Shown: one piece after another, positions 49,293 through 61,782 of the stretch | Position numbering within the stretch: the first letter of the stretch is position 1 | Layout: the number at the start of each line of letters is the position of its first letter | Assembly (NCBI GenBank): GCA_030390025.1 | Contig: CM059432.1 | Span: 30,382,001-30,446,000, forward strand | Length of the DNA stretch: 64,000 bases | Direction: 5' to 3' | From: Squalus acanthias | Lineage: Eukaryota | Translations under genes and position numbers: made by a program | Notes under the pieces: generated by a model | What the model saw: the letters and a program-made list of their open reading frames with translations, nothing else | Databases searched by the model: none | Told to the model about the DNA's origin: nothing

Positions 49293-50244
49293 ACGCAACC
49301 CCAATTTCACATTCAACAATAGTCCCACACCTTACCATCCCTCTGATACGGATCATCACAGCGTCCTCTTGGCCACAATGCTGAAATGAAAGCCACCACA
49401 AAAGAAACATTCTAAATCAACGATATACATCAATCCGTCCAATATTACAAAAAAAGTCAACTAATCACACTTGTGCATTCCCTTAGTGCCTGTCTTCCAT
49501 ATACCTATGCCTGTCCTACGAAGTGCTACCCCAGTAGCTGCACCATGGCTGGTGGAAGGCTGCTGACCTTCAGTGGGGGAGACTTCAGATGGCCTTGCAG
49601 GATGACCTCAAGCAGCTGTGGGCATCACCTCGGCATGGGCAGCAGCGGTCTTGGCTGGCTGACTGACGGGCAACAGCAAGGGCACTAGCGGAGTGGCAGG
49701 GGTCGGAGGACGAATGCTGTCATCCTGAGAGAGGACAGCGGGTTTATGCTCCATGGAGCCACTGCCACTTACCCGGGGCGGCGCCTCAGCAATCCTAGTA
49801 ATCTGTTGGAGGACAAGTTGCTGGACTGCTGTGTTACCCTGCAAGCCCCTTTCCACACTGATAAACGCAGCCATGATGGCAGCAGTCTAAGATGTTGGGT
49901 CACTTCTACCTATGCTGCAGTGGAAGCTGCAACCATCAGGCCTTGTATCATGTTTGGGTCCACAAGTGTGGTAATGGAGTTGGCCATCAATTCAGTATGG
50001 AAATCATGGGCTCCAAGCTCTGTGCAAGGTTGATGCCGGACTTCAAAAAGCACTTCTTCACACAAGGAGTGATTTAATATCTCATATTGTCTTGTGAGTG
50101 TGGGGGATAAAATTCTGGATTCATTCAGGGTAAGTTTCTGTGGATGGATGAGGTAGATGGGCCGAATGGCCTACTTCATCTGAACGTACCTTTGTGAAGT
50201 GGGGGTAATTTTCTCTGCTCGCTGTGTGTTGCAAGAAAATGCAA

Positions 50245-50650
50245 AGAAAAGAAAGACTTGCATTTATATAGTGCCTTTCATGACCTCAGGACTTATTTTG
50301 TATTGAGGTATTAAATCACTCCTGTGTGAAGAAGTGCCTTTTTATCACCTGCTCATCCACTGTAACCAATGTGAAATTTTTGGTGCAGTATCAGGAGAAG
50401 ACAAGTACCAAAATAAGACTACGAGAATTTTATTACTGTTGGCGAGACCTCAGTCCCAAAGCACTTTACAGCCAATGAATTATTTTTGAAGTATAGTCAC
50501 TGTTGTAATATAGGAAATGCGGCAGCCAATTTTCGCACAGCAGGCTCCCACAAACAGCAATGTGATAATGATCAGATAATCCGTTTTATTGATGTTAATT
50601 CTTATATAAATATTGGCCAATACACCGGGGATAACTCCCCTGCTCTTCTT
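50245..50650 (-). mobile_element. Interrupted Deu-SINE 3' part
   Basis: Matches 58311-58555. Confidence 0.7.
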
Positions 50651-50734
50651 TGAAATGGATGATTTCCCTTGTAACTTCTAGTGAAATCGTAAACATGTTC
50701 TTTTTGAACGTGGTCATGATTTCACTAGAAATAT

Positions 50735-51016
50735 GGATAGTGAACAGTGAGGAGGAAAGTGATAGACTTCAGGAAGACATCGACAGGCTGGCGAAATGGG
50801 CGGACACGTGCCAGATGAAATTTAACGCAGAAAATTGTGAAGTGATATATTTTGGCAGAAAGAATGAGGAGAGGACATATAAACTAAATGGTACAATCCT
50901 AAAGGGGTGCACGAACAGAGAGACCTAGGGGTATGTGTGCACAAATTGTTGAAGGTGGCAGGGCAGGTTGAGAAAGCAGTTAAAAAGGCTTACGGGTTCC
51001 TGGGCTTCATAAATAG
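50735..51016 (+). mobile_element. CR1 RT fragment
   Basis: VNSEEESDRLQEDIDRLAKWAD...KFNAE. Confidence 0.85.
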
Positions 51017-51104
51017 AAATGAGAAGTCGCACAACACCAGGTTATAGTCCAACAGATTTATTTAAAATTACAAGCTTTCGGAGCTGTCGCCCCTTCCTCA
51101 GGTA
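51017..51104 (-). mobile_element. Penelope pLTR fragment with hammerhead
   Basis: Essentially identical to 53756-53843. Confidence 0.85.
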
Positions 51105-52645
51105 GAGTCACAGTAACGCGTCATCAGCCGGTTTCCTTAAAGGGACCATGGCCAACATTCTTTTGACATTTGTGTTGTCAGTGTTCTACAGCATTGAGGT
51201 GCTGCAAACACTGACAATCACTGCACAGAGGTGTGGGGCTGCACTGAGGTTCTCCCATGACTCCCTCCATATGCTTATGGAGGGAGTCACAGCACGCAGG
51301 GAGGTCCTCTTCCCTTCCAATGGGCGGAAGAGACCTCCCCAGGAGACCAAAACAGCCTGGTTGCACATTGCACAGGAAGGCACAAGCAGGGATGTGGTCA
51401 GGAGGACCTGGGTGCAGTGGCGCAAACATTTCAATGATCTCATTAGATCACGAAAGTACAAAGCCACACTCAACCTCATCCTGCTGTGTCTCTCATCACA
51501 TCCCCATCACTCTGCCTTCTCTACCCTACTCCCACACATCCTTACTCACATCAACTTACCTTGCACCTCCACCCATCCCTCTCTATCTACATTATCACTT
51601 CCCCATCAAAATGGCCACCCCCCACACTCACCCTCATCCTAGTGCAATCATACCAACTAACAACACACAAGGGTAGCCACTTGGGTGCTTTATCCAATGT
51701 TTATGTAAAGTTTCTGTTAATGTGCTGTCAAATATTGAAATCTTTATTTTCAACACTTTGCGTTCTTGGACAGATTTGTGTGCACCTTTGGAAGTGGCTT
51801 GGTGAGTTGCAGTGAGTGGTGAGACATAACGGTACCCCCCGCAATGGTGATGCATGTGAAAGGAATGGCTTGGTCATTGTAGGGATGCTTTATGATGTTG
51901 GTGTGGGGTGGTGCCAACCTGGCTCATCATGTGGCAGCCAGGGTGTACAGCGTAAAGTTAAGTAAATCTGGCCATAATGAGGCCATCCCTGGCCTCCCGG
52001 GCAGCAATGTGCTCGGGTGCTGATGCCCTCCGTCCTGTGCAGCATCAGGTGATTGTGGAGAAGTTTGGTGTTGTTGTTGGTGTTGCTGGTGTGCCTGGTG
52101 CTGCTGGTGTTGGGGCTGATCGTGGTCCGATTTTGAGGAACAAGGTGAGACAGTATAAAGGGCACCCATGCTGATGGAAGAGATGGCAGGTCAAGTACAG
52201 ATGACAGAAGCGATCTGTCAATGGTGGGAGAGGTAATGAGGTGAGACTGGATGGAGACTTGTGGAAAGACTTGCAGCATGGTGAATCTGTTGTGGAAATG
52301 CAGTGAGGAACAGCTTGTGGCTGAGGGAAGTGATCTCTGTCAGGTGGGAGCTTTTACTGTACATTTGAAGTGGTCAAAGAATCAGCTGGAGCAATGGCCA
52401 CTGAACTCCCACCTCAGGTTGACAGACGTGGTCACCGAACAGTGTGGTTCCCGTGGCCATGAAGTTAAAGTTAAAAAGCAAGGTAAAAAAGCCTGTTAAG
52501 GGTCTGGTAAGTACATTATAGTTAGTTTAATTGGGTCGCCCGCCGCTGCCTGTCAGGTCTGCTGAGCGCTGACAGACCAAACATTGGGAAAGGCACATTG
52601 CGGCAGATTGACAGCGGGTTCCTGACACCCCAGAAAATTCCGGCC
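51105..52645. mobile_element. Harbinger derivative: Myb/SANT exon 1 (+) and transposase N/C stub (-)
   Basis: RFSHDSLHMLMEGVTARREVLFP...AWLHIA...RRTWVQWRKHFNDL; end AAAATTCCGGCC. Confidence 0.78.
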
Positions 52646-53421
52646 ATCATTGCAGTCCCAAAAATGCTCATTTTATTCCAGAGTCCAGAGGGTGTATTTT
52701 TTGAACATAGTTTGTGGGTGTTACTTTAAGTTGGGTTCATTTTGCACTTTTCAATGTTCGGGCTGGTTTTGACTGCTCGAAGTGCAATCAAGCAAAATTG
52801 AAAGCATTTCACACATTTCAATCACAAATGAACTCAATTTTGAACTTTGTGGTTATTTTTGCATTTACAACTCAGGAGAGGACTGGCCTTTACAGTGCAA
52901 ATGATTACAGTGTCACTGACAGATGAAAAACAGATGAACATTCACAACAACAGGGAGAGGAGCACAGACAGCCAACTGTTGTACTTATCTTCATAATGTG
53001 TGTGGGAGAACAGACCACTGAATAAATCTTTCTAATTCAGCTGTGCCCCAGTTAATGCTCTGAATATTGACCCGGATTTTACTGTGAGCGGCGAAGGAAC
53101 AGCTTTTGCCGTTCACCTCGTGTACAGTTGCCCACAGACTTTTAACAGGCTTGTCAACGGAGATTTTGGACTGGATTTTGTCTTGGGGTCGGGTTGGGGT
53201 TGTGTTACCCACATTTCGTGTTGCCCCCTCGACTCCAGATTAATGTGGATGAATGATGCAATTTTCACTTAATTGGGTAATTGAGTTCCAGCATGTGGGA
53301 ACCCATGAACCAATTAGTGGTTTGAGTCTGAAAGTCGCCTCTGATGATGTCATCATTGCAGGTCAGAGACTGACTGCCTGGCTTTTGGTGTGAGAGGACC
53401 TGGCTGCAAAATGAGCAGCAT

Positions 53422-53458
53422 CAGAGAGAGAGAGCGAGAGAGAGAGAGAAAAGATGAG

Positions 53459-53488
<30 letters not shown>
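53422..53488. repeat. (GA)n microsatellite
   Basis: Direct inspection. Confidence 0.9.
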
Positions 53489-53492
<4 letters not shown>

Positions 53493-53718
53493 AATCTGAA
53501 GACATTCAATGCAGCAGCATCAGAGGCGACTTTCAGACCTAATACTACTACTACCTTCATCACATCGCCATTGTAATAGTGGACCTGCAGCTGATAGTCA
53601 GCTATCCACTTGTGCTCCCGCCAGGTTTCACTGGCGTGTTTCATATCAGGCGTACTTCATGTCAGAAAAGGGTTAAACTAGCTAAAACGTTTCAAAATGG
53701 CATTACAGAGCCAATTTA

Positions 53719-54220
53719 TGATGCGGAGATGCCGGCGTTGGACTGGGGTGGACAAAAATGAGAAGTCGCACAACACCAGGTTATAGTCCAACAGATTTAT
53801 TTAAAATTACAAGCTTTCGGAGCTGTCGCCCCTTCCTCAGGTAAAGTTACAATGAGTGAATCTACAATATTTCACAGTATATAAACACAGAGACTGCAGA
53901 GATACAATCTTTGAGGGAAGGTGTCCTTAAAACAAAGACACACCAAGAGCAAAAAAAAAACAACTGCAGACAGCAGGATTTGACACGTTGGACCCCCTGT
54001 AACACATCTCATTGTCTTGGCTGTGCTCTTGATGTGTCTTTGATGTAAGGACACCTTCCCTCAAAGATTGTATCTCTGCAGTCTCTGTGTTTATATACTG
54101 TGAAATATTGTAGATTCACTCATTGTAACTTTACCTGAGGAAGGGGTGACAGCTCCGAAAGCTTGTAATTTTAAATAAATCTGTTGGACTATAACCTGGT
54201 GTTGTGCGACTTCTCATTTT
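53719..54220. mobile_element. Non-coding Penelope foldback insertion
   Basis: About 197-bp inverted arms 53755-53951 / 54024-54220; 12-bp TSD AGAGCCAATTTA. Confidence 0.88.
54131..54168 (+). ncRNA. Minimal type I hammerhead ribozyme (antisense twin at about 53807-53844)
   Basis: UUAC-CUGAGGA-A-GGGGU-gaca-GCUCC-GAA-AGCU-U-GUAA: core, stem II, palindromic stem III, stem I UUAC/GUAA. Confidence 0.75.
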
Positions 54221-55734
54221 AGAGCCAATTTAGGGATAGTTAAGAGCGTTAATGGCCTCTCGCGCCTCTTGGAGGCGGGACGGAGTCGGGAACCCCGCGA
54301 CCCATTTTGTCAAAATTGCGTGGAGGCGTGTTGGAGTCGGGACCCCCGAATCTGCTACTTTAACCCCCCACATGCCTCCAAACCCGACTCCACGGGTCAT
54401 TCAAAATCCAGCCCTTCCTCTCTACTGGTGTCTTTTTGAACTTGGTGCCCTCTAAAGGGTATCTGTGGCAACTGTACACAGCAGGGAGGCTGTTCAACCA
54501 ATCAAATTGAAAAATTGAAGAAATTGACACACATAGACAGCAAAGCAGGAAGTAAAAAACAGGAAATATAAATTACATTTAAATCATTGTACAGGAAGTG
54601 AAATAAAGGTTGGGACATAGGAGTAAGGGAGAAACATTAAATAGAAAAACAGAGTTTGTAATTTAAAAAAAAATCTGTAACAGAATGTTTAGGGTAACCT
54701 ATTTGCAGCTTATGAGGGACGAGAGAGGAAGGTTCATCGGAATATATTTGCACAAATAAAAAAGGTTTGGCTGCACCAAAGACATTGGTTGGATGGTAGA
54801 ACCAGGAGTGGGGTCAGACAATAAGCTTTCTCTTAGATTTTATCCAGGAGTGAGGGAGGTGTTAGGTGCAGCCTCCTCAGATTTGGAAGCAGCATTTAAG
54901 TCATTGATGCTTATTAGAAAGTAACAACTTGTTGGCGAGGAAGAAAAATGTTAACGCAAAAGAGAAAAACAACCTTCTTGGAGGCATCTATGGGCATGGA
55001 TGACATGTGGGAGTTCCATTTGAGGTCAAAGTGAGAATGTGAGACCAAGACTGTGGCTAGATGAAGAAAGACTAAGGGTGGAGCCAGCAAAGGTTGTGGT
55101 GGTTGTTGGTCATACCTGTGAAATTGGGCATGCAGGAACTGTGCTTATTGAGGAATTAAAAGACTAAATCATTTGTGTGCATTTTTCAATATTTTGTATT
55201 TATTTTGTGCAACAGATAGGGGGTGTGAAATTGGGCTCGGTAGCACCTGTTTTTTTGGTGCTATGAAAGCCCGTACGGTTTCAAAACGGCATCCGCAGCC
55301 CGTGTGCACATTCCTGACACAAAGCGTGCTGGACACCATCTTGGTAAATGGGTTAGCGCGCGAGTACTTAATGTTCACCGGAGATATGTAGAGCAGGCAG
55401 TTCATGACGTCAATCAGCCCGCAACACGATTTGACACCAACACCGCCATTTTGGAGCTCCACGCTGCAACCAACGCTTTATCTTAACCTCGCATAGCTGA
55501 AGACACATTAAGCAGCATGATGGACCCCCCCAACAGTACTATTTTAATGGGATCATCAACTACTTACAGATTAGTTGCTGGTTGATTTCTTCTGGCTGTT
55601 GCTACAATTCTATACATTTTTGGTGCTTTCTATAGTTGTTTGAAGTTTCAAACGTCTACACAGAGCGGTGTGGCAGATGCTGAAGAACTTCTTGCTGACT
55701 TCAAGGCTTCTGCACAAACCAGTTTCTCCCAGAC

Positions 55735-56515
55735 ATGGGTGCACTAGTAGGCCTTCCTCTTGGAATCGAGCATGACTGGGAAAATGAGCAGAGGATATGC
55801 AGAGCAGGACAAGCTGCTAGAAAAGGGAGGAAGGGGAGAAGGGCTCTCAGCAGGAGGCCATATCTGCCCAGGGTGTACAGTGAGCAATTCTCCTACCTGA
55901 ACCTCAGCGACGATCAATGTTTAAGACGTCTGCGCTTCACTAAGGAAGTGGTCACTGAAATCTGCCACCTGCTGCAGCCACAACTCCAACATCAGAGCAG
56001 GGCAAGGACCGCATTGCCAGTGGCTGTGAACTTTGTGTCTGGCTCCTTCCTGGCTGGTGCTGGAGATATTAGCAACATCTCGCAGTTTGCAGTCCACTGT
56101 TGCATAAGGGAAGTCACTGAGGCTCTCTATTCAAAGAAACATTACTTCATTTCATTCCCTCTTGCCAGAGAGAAGCAGGCAGAGCAAACACAAGGGTTTG
56201 CAAGGTTTGTAGTCTTCCCAATGGTGCAGGGTGCCATTGACTGCATGAACATTGCTTCGCGGTCGCTGCATGTCAACTCTGCCATGTACCGGAGCCGAAA
56301 GGGATTTCATTCCCTCAACGTCCAGTTAAAGTGTAACCATAGGCAGCGCATCATGCAGGTCAGTGCCCGGTATCCTGGCAGCAGTCATGATGCCTTCGTT
56401 CAGCGGCAGTCTGCTGTGCCAGCTGTATTTCAGCCACAACAGCAAACCAAAGGGTGGCTACTGGGCGACAAGGGCTATCCGCTGACGACATGGTTCATGA
56501 CTCTGGTTCACAACC
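55735..56515 (+). pseudogene. HARBI1-like transposase with C-terminal part deleted
   Basis: Open frame with GAIDC, YPGSSHD, GDKGY; jumps to 3'UTR sequence before the catalytic Glu. Confidence 0.9.
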
Positions 56516-56788
56516 TACTAATCACCCTTGTGCATTCTCTTAGTGCCTGTCTTCCGTGTGCCTCTGCCTGTCCTAGTGCTCCTACGCAGTGCTACCCCAG
56601 TGGCTGCAGCATGGCTGGTGGAAGGCTGCTGACTTTGCAGATGGCCTTGGAGGACGACATTGAGCAGCTCTGGGCCTAGAAGGCCTGGCTGTAGACTACA
56701 ACATTTCAGCATGAGTGGCAGCCATCTGGGATGGCTGTCTGACAGGCAACAGCAAGGACACTGGCGGAGTGACAGGGGTAGGCTCATG

Positions 56789-57591
56789 TGTAGGATAGGG
56801 TGTATTTGTATGATTTAGTAAAACATTTTTGTATAACTATAATATGTGAAATCGTATGTTAAAAGCCTAAAAGCCTGTATAAAATGGCGAATGGCTGAGA
56901 GAAAAGCAGGATGGGAAATTGTGCTAACCTGACTGAAACTCGCTCTGTTTGCAATTACTGAAGTAATGGACTGTAATGCTAAGTTTATGGAGACTATCAG
57001 GACGTGGTATTCAGTAATGTGATAGAAAAGAGATAAGAGTTGGAGAAGAGAGAGAGATAAGAGAAGTACCCCTCAGTGATACTACTATAAAATGGACAAA
57101 TTGTTTAGACAACATCTTGGGAAATGGTCTTTGGAAAGAGAATATCTAAAGTTAAAAGGGCCCTTTGATATGCACAAAGCGAGTCCGAGTGGGATCAACA
57201 AGGTCGTAAAACATGTACCAGGTGTCGGATAGCTGTTTGCAGTCACGTAGGAAGAGGGAAAAAGGTGTATAAAGATACGGATCTTGAACACTGAAGGCAG
57301 CGTGAACCAGAGTTGAAGAAGCTTCAGTCGACAGAACACAGCAAGAAACCAGAGAAGCGAGCTTCAGTCGAGAGAAGACAGCAAGAGAAGAAAGAGACCG
57401 TGCCACAGTCGCTCGGAAGGAACGCCGAGCTCAAACAAACAAGACTGTGACTATCTCCTTGTTAAGTATTACTTCTTTGTACTGGATGTTTAATGCTTAA
57501 TAAACCTGTTTTACTGATACACAATATACCTGTACCCAGAGTGGTTTGTGTAGTCACGGACAAATTATTATAAGAGCTTTTGGAAACTACA
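56789..57591 (+). mobile_element. 5' LTR of an LTR retroelement/ERV
   Basis: TGTAG...CTACA inverted termini; TATAAA at about 57268; AATAAA at about 57499; followed by a PBS. Confidence 0.85.
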
Positions 57592-57594
57592 ATT

Positions 57595-57612
57595 TGGCGT
57601 CCAACGTGAGGC
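57595..57612 (+). promoter_or_regulatory. Primer binding site, tRNA-Lys1,2 type
   Basis: TGGCGTCCAACGTGAGGC versus canonical TGGCGCCCAACGTGGGGC (2 mismatches). Confidence 0.85.
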
Positions 57613-57750
57613 TGTGACTATTAACTGAAACCAGGTCTATTGTGCATAAAGCAGACATTTGGATTTTCACTTGGTTTTTGTCTGATCAACGAGGATCCTC
57701 GTGGAAAGTTAGGTTTTCTAACAGATAGTGTCTCTTTAACGTACAAAAGA

Positions 57751-58220
57751 ATGTCGAGTGAGAATTTTCTTGTAGATTATAAAGCGAAGTTAATGAAGAA
57801 GTGCGATGAGGCCAGTTACAGATGTTAGTAGAATGTCTAACAAAGGATGTGAAGGTACTTTTCGAGGACGTTGTGGCGTTCATTGAAAGACAAGTTAAGG
57901 AAAAGAAATTGAAGCCAGATAGGGTAGCGCAGCTAATGGCCTATGCCGCAGTGTATTGTGTAGAACAAGATAAAGAAACCTTCCTAGAGATGGAAGATGA
58001 ACAGGATAAATTAGAAAAAGACAAACTACGGCTTATAGAAGAGAATCTAACATTACAGGGTGAGAAATTAAAATGGGAAAAAGAAGCTGTAGAATTAAAC
58101 AATGAACAAGAAGTCCTTCAAGGACAAATCGGTGCTGCAACAGCAATAATACAACAGCAGAGTATTAATGCAGTTCATGCCGGCGCTGCAATACAGAATC
58201 TTGAGGAGGCTAAAAGCCAA
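57751..58220 (+). pseudogene. Truncated gag-like ORF with coiled coil
   Basis: First ORF after the PBS; one frameshift near 57825; E/K/L heptad-rich. Confidence 0.6.
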
Positions 58221-58310
58221 ATCCTGAGAGATGACAGCAGATTTGTGCTCCATGGAGCCACTGCCACTCTCCTGGGGCGGCACCGCAGCAATCCTAGTAA
58301 TCTGTTGGAG

Positions 58311-58768
58311 AAAAGAAGAAGTCTTGCATTTATATAGCGCCTTTCATGACCACCGGACGTCTCAAAGCGCTTTACAGCCAATGAAGTACTTTTTGGAGTG
58401 TAGTCACTGTTGTAATGTGAGAAACGCAGCAGCCAATTTGCGCACAGCAAGGTCCCATAAACAGCAATGTGATAATGACCAGATGATCTGTTTTTGTTAT
58501 GTTGGTTTAGGGATAAATATTGGCCAGGACACCGAGGATAACTCCCCTGCTCTTTGAAATAGTGCCATGGGATCTTTTACGTCCAACTGAGAGAGCAGAC
58601 GGGGCCTCGGTTTAACGTCTCATCTGAAAGAGGGCACCTCCAATAGTGCGGCACTCCCTCAGCACTGCACTGGAGTGTCAGCCTAGCTTTATGTGCTCAA
58701 GTCCCTGGAGTGGGACTTGAACCCACAACCTTCTGACTCAGTAGGTGAGTGTGCTACCAACTGAGCCA
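58311..58768 (-). mobile_element. Full-length SacSINE1-like Deu-SINE
   Basis: Reverse complement TGGCTCAGTTGG A box, GGTTCAAGTCC B box, Deu-like core, L2-like tail. Confidence 0.88.
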
Positions 58769-61499
58769 TGATGGCTGCAGTTGAAGCTTGCATGACAGCA
58801 TTCTGAGCTTGCATGGCAACACTCAGACTTTTGGTGGAATCTGCTTCTGCTCCAATGGAAGCTGAGACATTGGCCATCAGACGCTGCATCATGGTTGGGG
58901 TCACAAGTATGCTGATGGATTTGGTTACCAGTTCCATGCTGGAAAGGATGGGCTCCAAGCTCTGCTCAAAGCGCTGTGCCAAGTTGGTGCCAGACTCCTC
59001 CATGTTCCTTGACATTGAACGCAGGCTTTCTGGCAGGCTTCCCAATGCACCAAGCATTTCGATGTGTATACCCATCAGCCTTTTCCTGTAGCCTAGCCCA
59101 TCAAAGTCCTCATTTGAGTCCTCTGCAGCAAAACTCATGTGCGACCTCACCCTCCGGCAAGCCAGCGCCTATGCTATCCTTGCTTCCTGGCCTGGTTGCA
59201 TTGCACTTATGCCCGGTGTCTCACCACGTGCAGACCCCGCCTCTATGCTATCCTCTAAGACATGCGCAGTTTTAGTATCTGAGCTGGTGGCTGCGAGTGT
59301 GAAATCAAGCGACGGTGTGTCTTGATCATCACTGTCTTCTTGCTCTTCCTCCACTGCATGGTCAGGTTGCACTTCTTGGGTATTTGAAAGGAAAAAGGTA
59401 CAAGGGTAAGGCTGTGGTGAGGGGAGAGGGGAAAGTAAGAAATGCATAGTTATATCATCTGCAGCTTGTAAGTCAGAAAAGATTGTGGGATGAGGGGGAT
59501 GTGGGATGTGAGAATGAGGATTAGCTATGAGGATACCATCAACTTCAATGGATTCAGCCCCGCCGGTGGCCACGGCCTCAGCAATGGCCCTTCCGCTAAT
59601 GGCCAGCACTGTCTCCTCCATGGGGTTTAGAACATACAGGTGCGCCACTCCCCCTCCGGTTAGTTCCAGTTGTGCACCACCTTCTCCTCCAAGAGAGAGG
59701 GAAGTGTGTTAGTGAATGTAATGCAGTATGTTTGGGTGATGTGGCTGTCATGGTTGAATAGTTGGCAGTGTGTTCAAGCTGTGAGATGTGGATGTGTGGC
59801 TTGCACCAGTGCTAAGTGTGTGAGGGTGAGGTGAGATATATTAATGTTATGTATGAGTACTGATTGACAGAGATTGTTGGTAGGTGAGTGATGGGGGTGT
59901 GGTGAACTGAGCAGTGGCTGAGGCCAGTGGTGTAATTGATAGGATATACATTTTAAGATGCATTCACTGACCTTGACCACTCATGTGAGGTCATTAAACT
60001 TCTTGTGGCGCTGCATCCAGGTCCTCGAGCTAAACTCCTGGTATTTACCTCCGTGGTTATCTGTTCCCACTGCCTTCTCATTGTGTGTCTGAAGGGCCTC
60101 CTACCCCCCCTACGGATACAGGATATCTCTCCTCCTTTCCACCTCCTCCAACAAAACCTTCAGTGCAGCGTCGAAAAATCTTGGTGTACGCTCTCTCCAT
60201 GGTCAGCTAATTGTTCTTTGTTGCATAGCACTAATCCGAATGATGTCATCACCTCCAGCAGCCACGATGCACCTTCCCTTTAAGAGGTGCAGGCTAGCTT
60301 TAAGTAGTGCTAGCAAGTAATGATATTGGGCCTCCTGCTGATACATGCAGTCAATGAGCAGCACAGTTAGCTCTAGCTGCATGCAACAATCGATAATGAG
60401 CAGGCAGCACGAAGATGGTGTGCTGCCAGCATTACATTGAACGGGCACGGAGTATTTGTGCATCGCGATCCCTGCGCCCGTTCTCGGGGGCTATCCAATT
60501 TAGCCCCAAGTAAGTATATTTCAATGTTAGTCTTGTTTAGCTGGATGTTTTGTCCAGAAATCCATCACCATGTTCAGAGTTCCTAAACCAAACTTGATGT
60601 GGGGAACATGGGCAAGAGATCTTCTCATCACCGGGGCTTGATCTGCATGTTTAAAGAACGGGACCGTCAGCTTGGGGCAAGTGTCCTTGTTGCCTGCAAC
60701 TTAAAATTGCAGTTGGTCAGATCGGGGCAGGAAAGAACTGGCTAAGTCCCCCGTTTACTGCTCACCCTGACCCCCCGCCTGGTTTCTGGCAGGCGGGGAG
60801 AGTTAAATCAAGGCCTCAGATACTGAGAACAGACAAAGAGGTAGAAAGTGTCTCTAAGGTCTAATGTCATGCTGCTGTGGGCTCCACAGTCTCCTCACTG
60901 AAATCTCCACACTTGTAATGTCCCACTTGCCAAGAACACAGTATTATCTGCAGCATCATTTGGCTGCTCCTCTGTAAAGCTCGCCAAGCCACAAAGGCCT
61001 TTTGTACTGTGATTTACTTAAACAGCTTCCCAGCCACATCTCATCCCTATCCAGCTTGGGAAATCAGTACCAGAACCAGCATTTGTAAAAAGTTCCATTC
61101 TGGTAACATGTCCGCTCATCAAAAAGTCTGCAATTAAAATTAGACACGGGGGTAAAATGCAGAAAAGGACGGGCATGTTGCAAAAATAGAGAGTCCTTGC
61201 AATAAGCCATCAAAATTAGTAAAGTGAGTTCAAGCTCAAATAAATCTGTATTTGGATTTCATTTGCTGACCTACTCAATGACAATTAGATTTAATGGATT
61301 ATTGCACAAATTCACATTTTTTTTCAGGCTAGGGCAAACCATTTCATGTCTACTCAATTAGCATCAGGGTTACGATCACTTAACCTATTGCTACCAAATT
61401 CCCTTCTGTGCGATTCAATGCAGGCATTGACCAGATCCGGGAACCTGATAAAATAGCACAAGAAAATTGATAGAAAGAAAGGCAGCAAGGGAGGAAAGA

Positions 61500-61782
61500 T
61501 GGACTTGCATTTATCTAGCACCTTTCAAATCCTCAGGACATCCGAAAGCCAATGAAGTACTTTTTTGAAGAGTAGTCACTGTTGTGGAGGCAAACATGGC
61601 AGCCAGCTTGTGTGCAGCAAGATCCCACAAACAGCAATGAGATAATGGACAAAATAATCTGTTCTTAGTGATGTTGATTGAGGATAAATGTTGGCTATGA
61701 CACCGAGAGAACTACCCTGATCTTCTAAATAGTGCCGTGGGATCTTTTCTGTCCACCTGAGAGGGTGGCTGGGGACTCAGTT
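61500..61782 (-). mobile_element. Deu-SINE 3' part
   Basis: Matches 58321-58612. Confidence 0.75.

Larger units (their letters stand above)
46161..50044 (+). mobile_element. Harbinger element H1 (left TIR, transposase, 3' part of Myb/SANT gene), right end missing
   Basis: GGGTGAAAAATTCGG start; collinear with H2 and H3. Confidence 0.88.
53168..54414. mobile_element. Harbinger MITE (inverted copy of the 40878-41554 family) containing (GA)n and a Penelope foldback
   Basis: GGACTGGATTTT/AAAATCCAGCCC ends; internal homology to 40878-41554. Confidence 0.85.
56520..60200 (-). pseudogene. Harbinger Myb/SANT gene, 3 exons, disrupted
   Basis: Exon 1 60200-59972 (PRFFDAALKVLLEEVERRRDILYP...WEQI...KKFNDL|GTCAGT); exon 2 with TGGG; long acidic/coiled-coil exon 3. 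Confidence 0.78.
55220..60507 (+). mobile_element. Two-gene Harbinger element H2 with both ends, interrupted by an LTR element and a SINE
   Basis: GGGGTGTGAAATTGG ... CCAATTTAGCCCC imperfect TIRs; convergent transposase and Myb/SANT genes. Confidence 0.85.
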
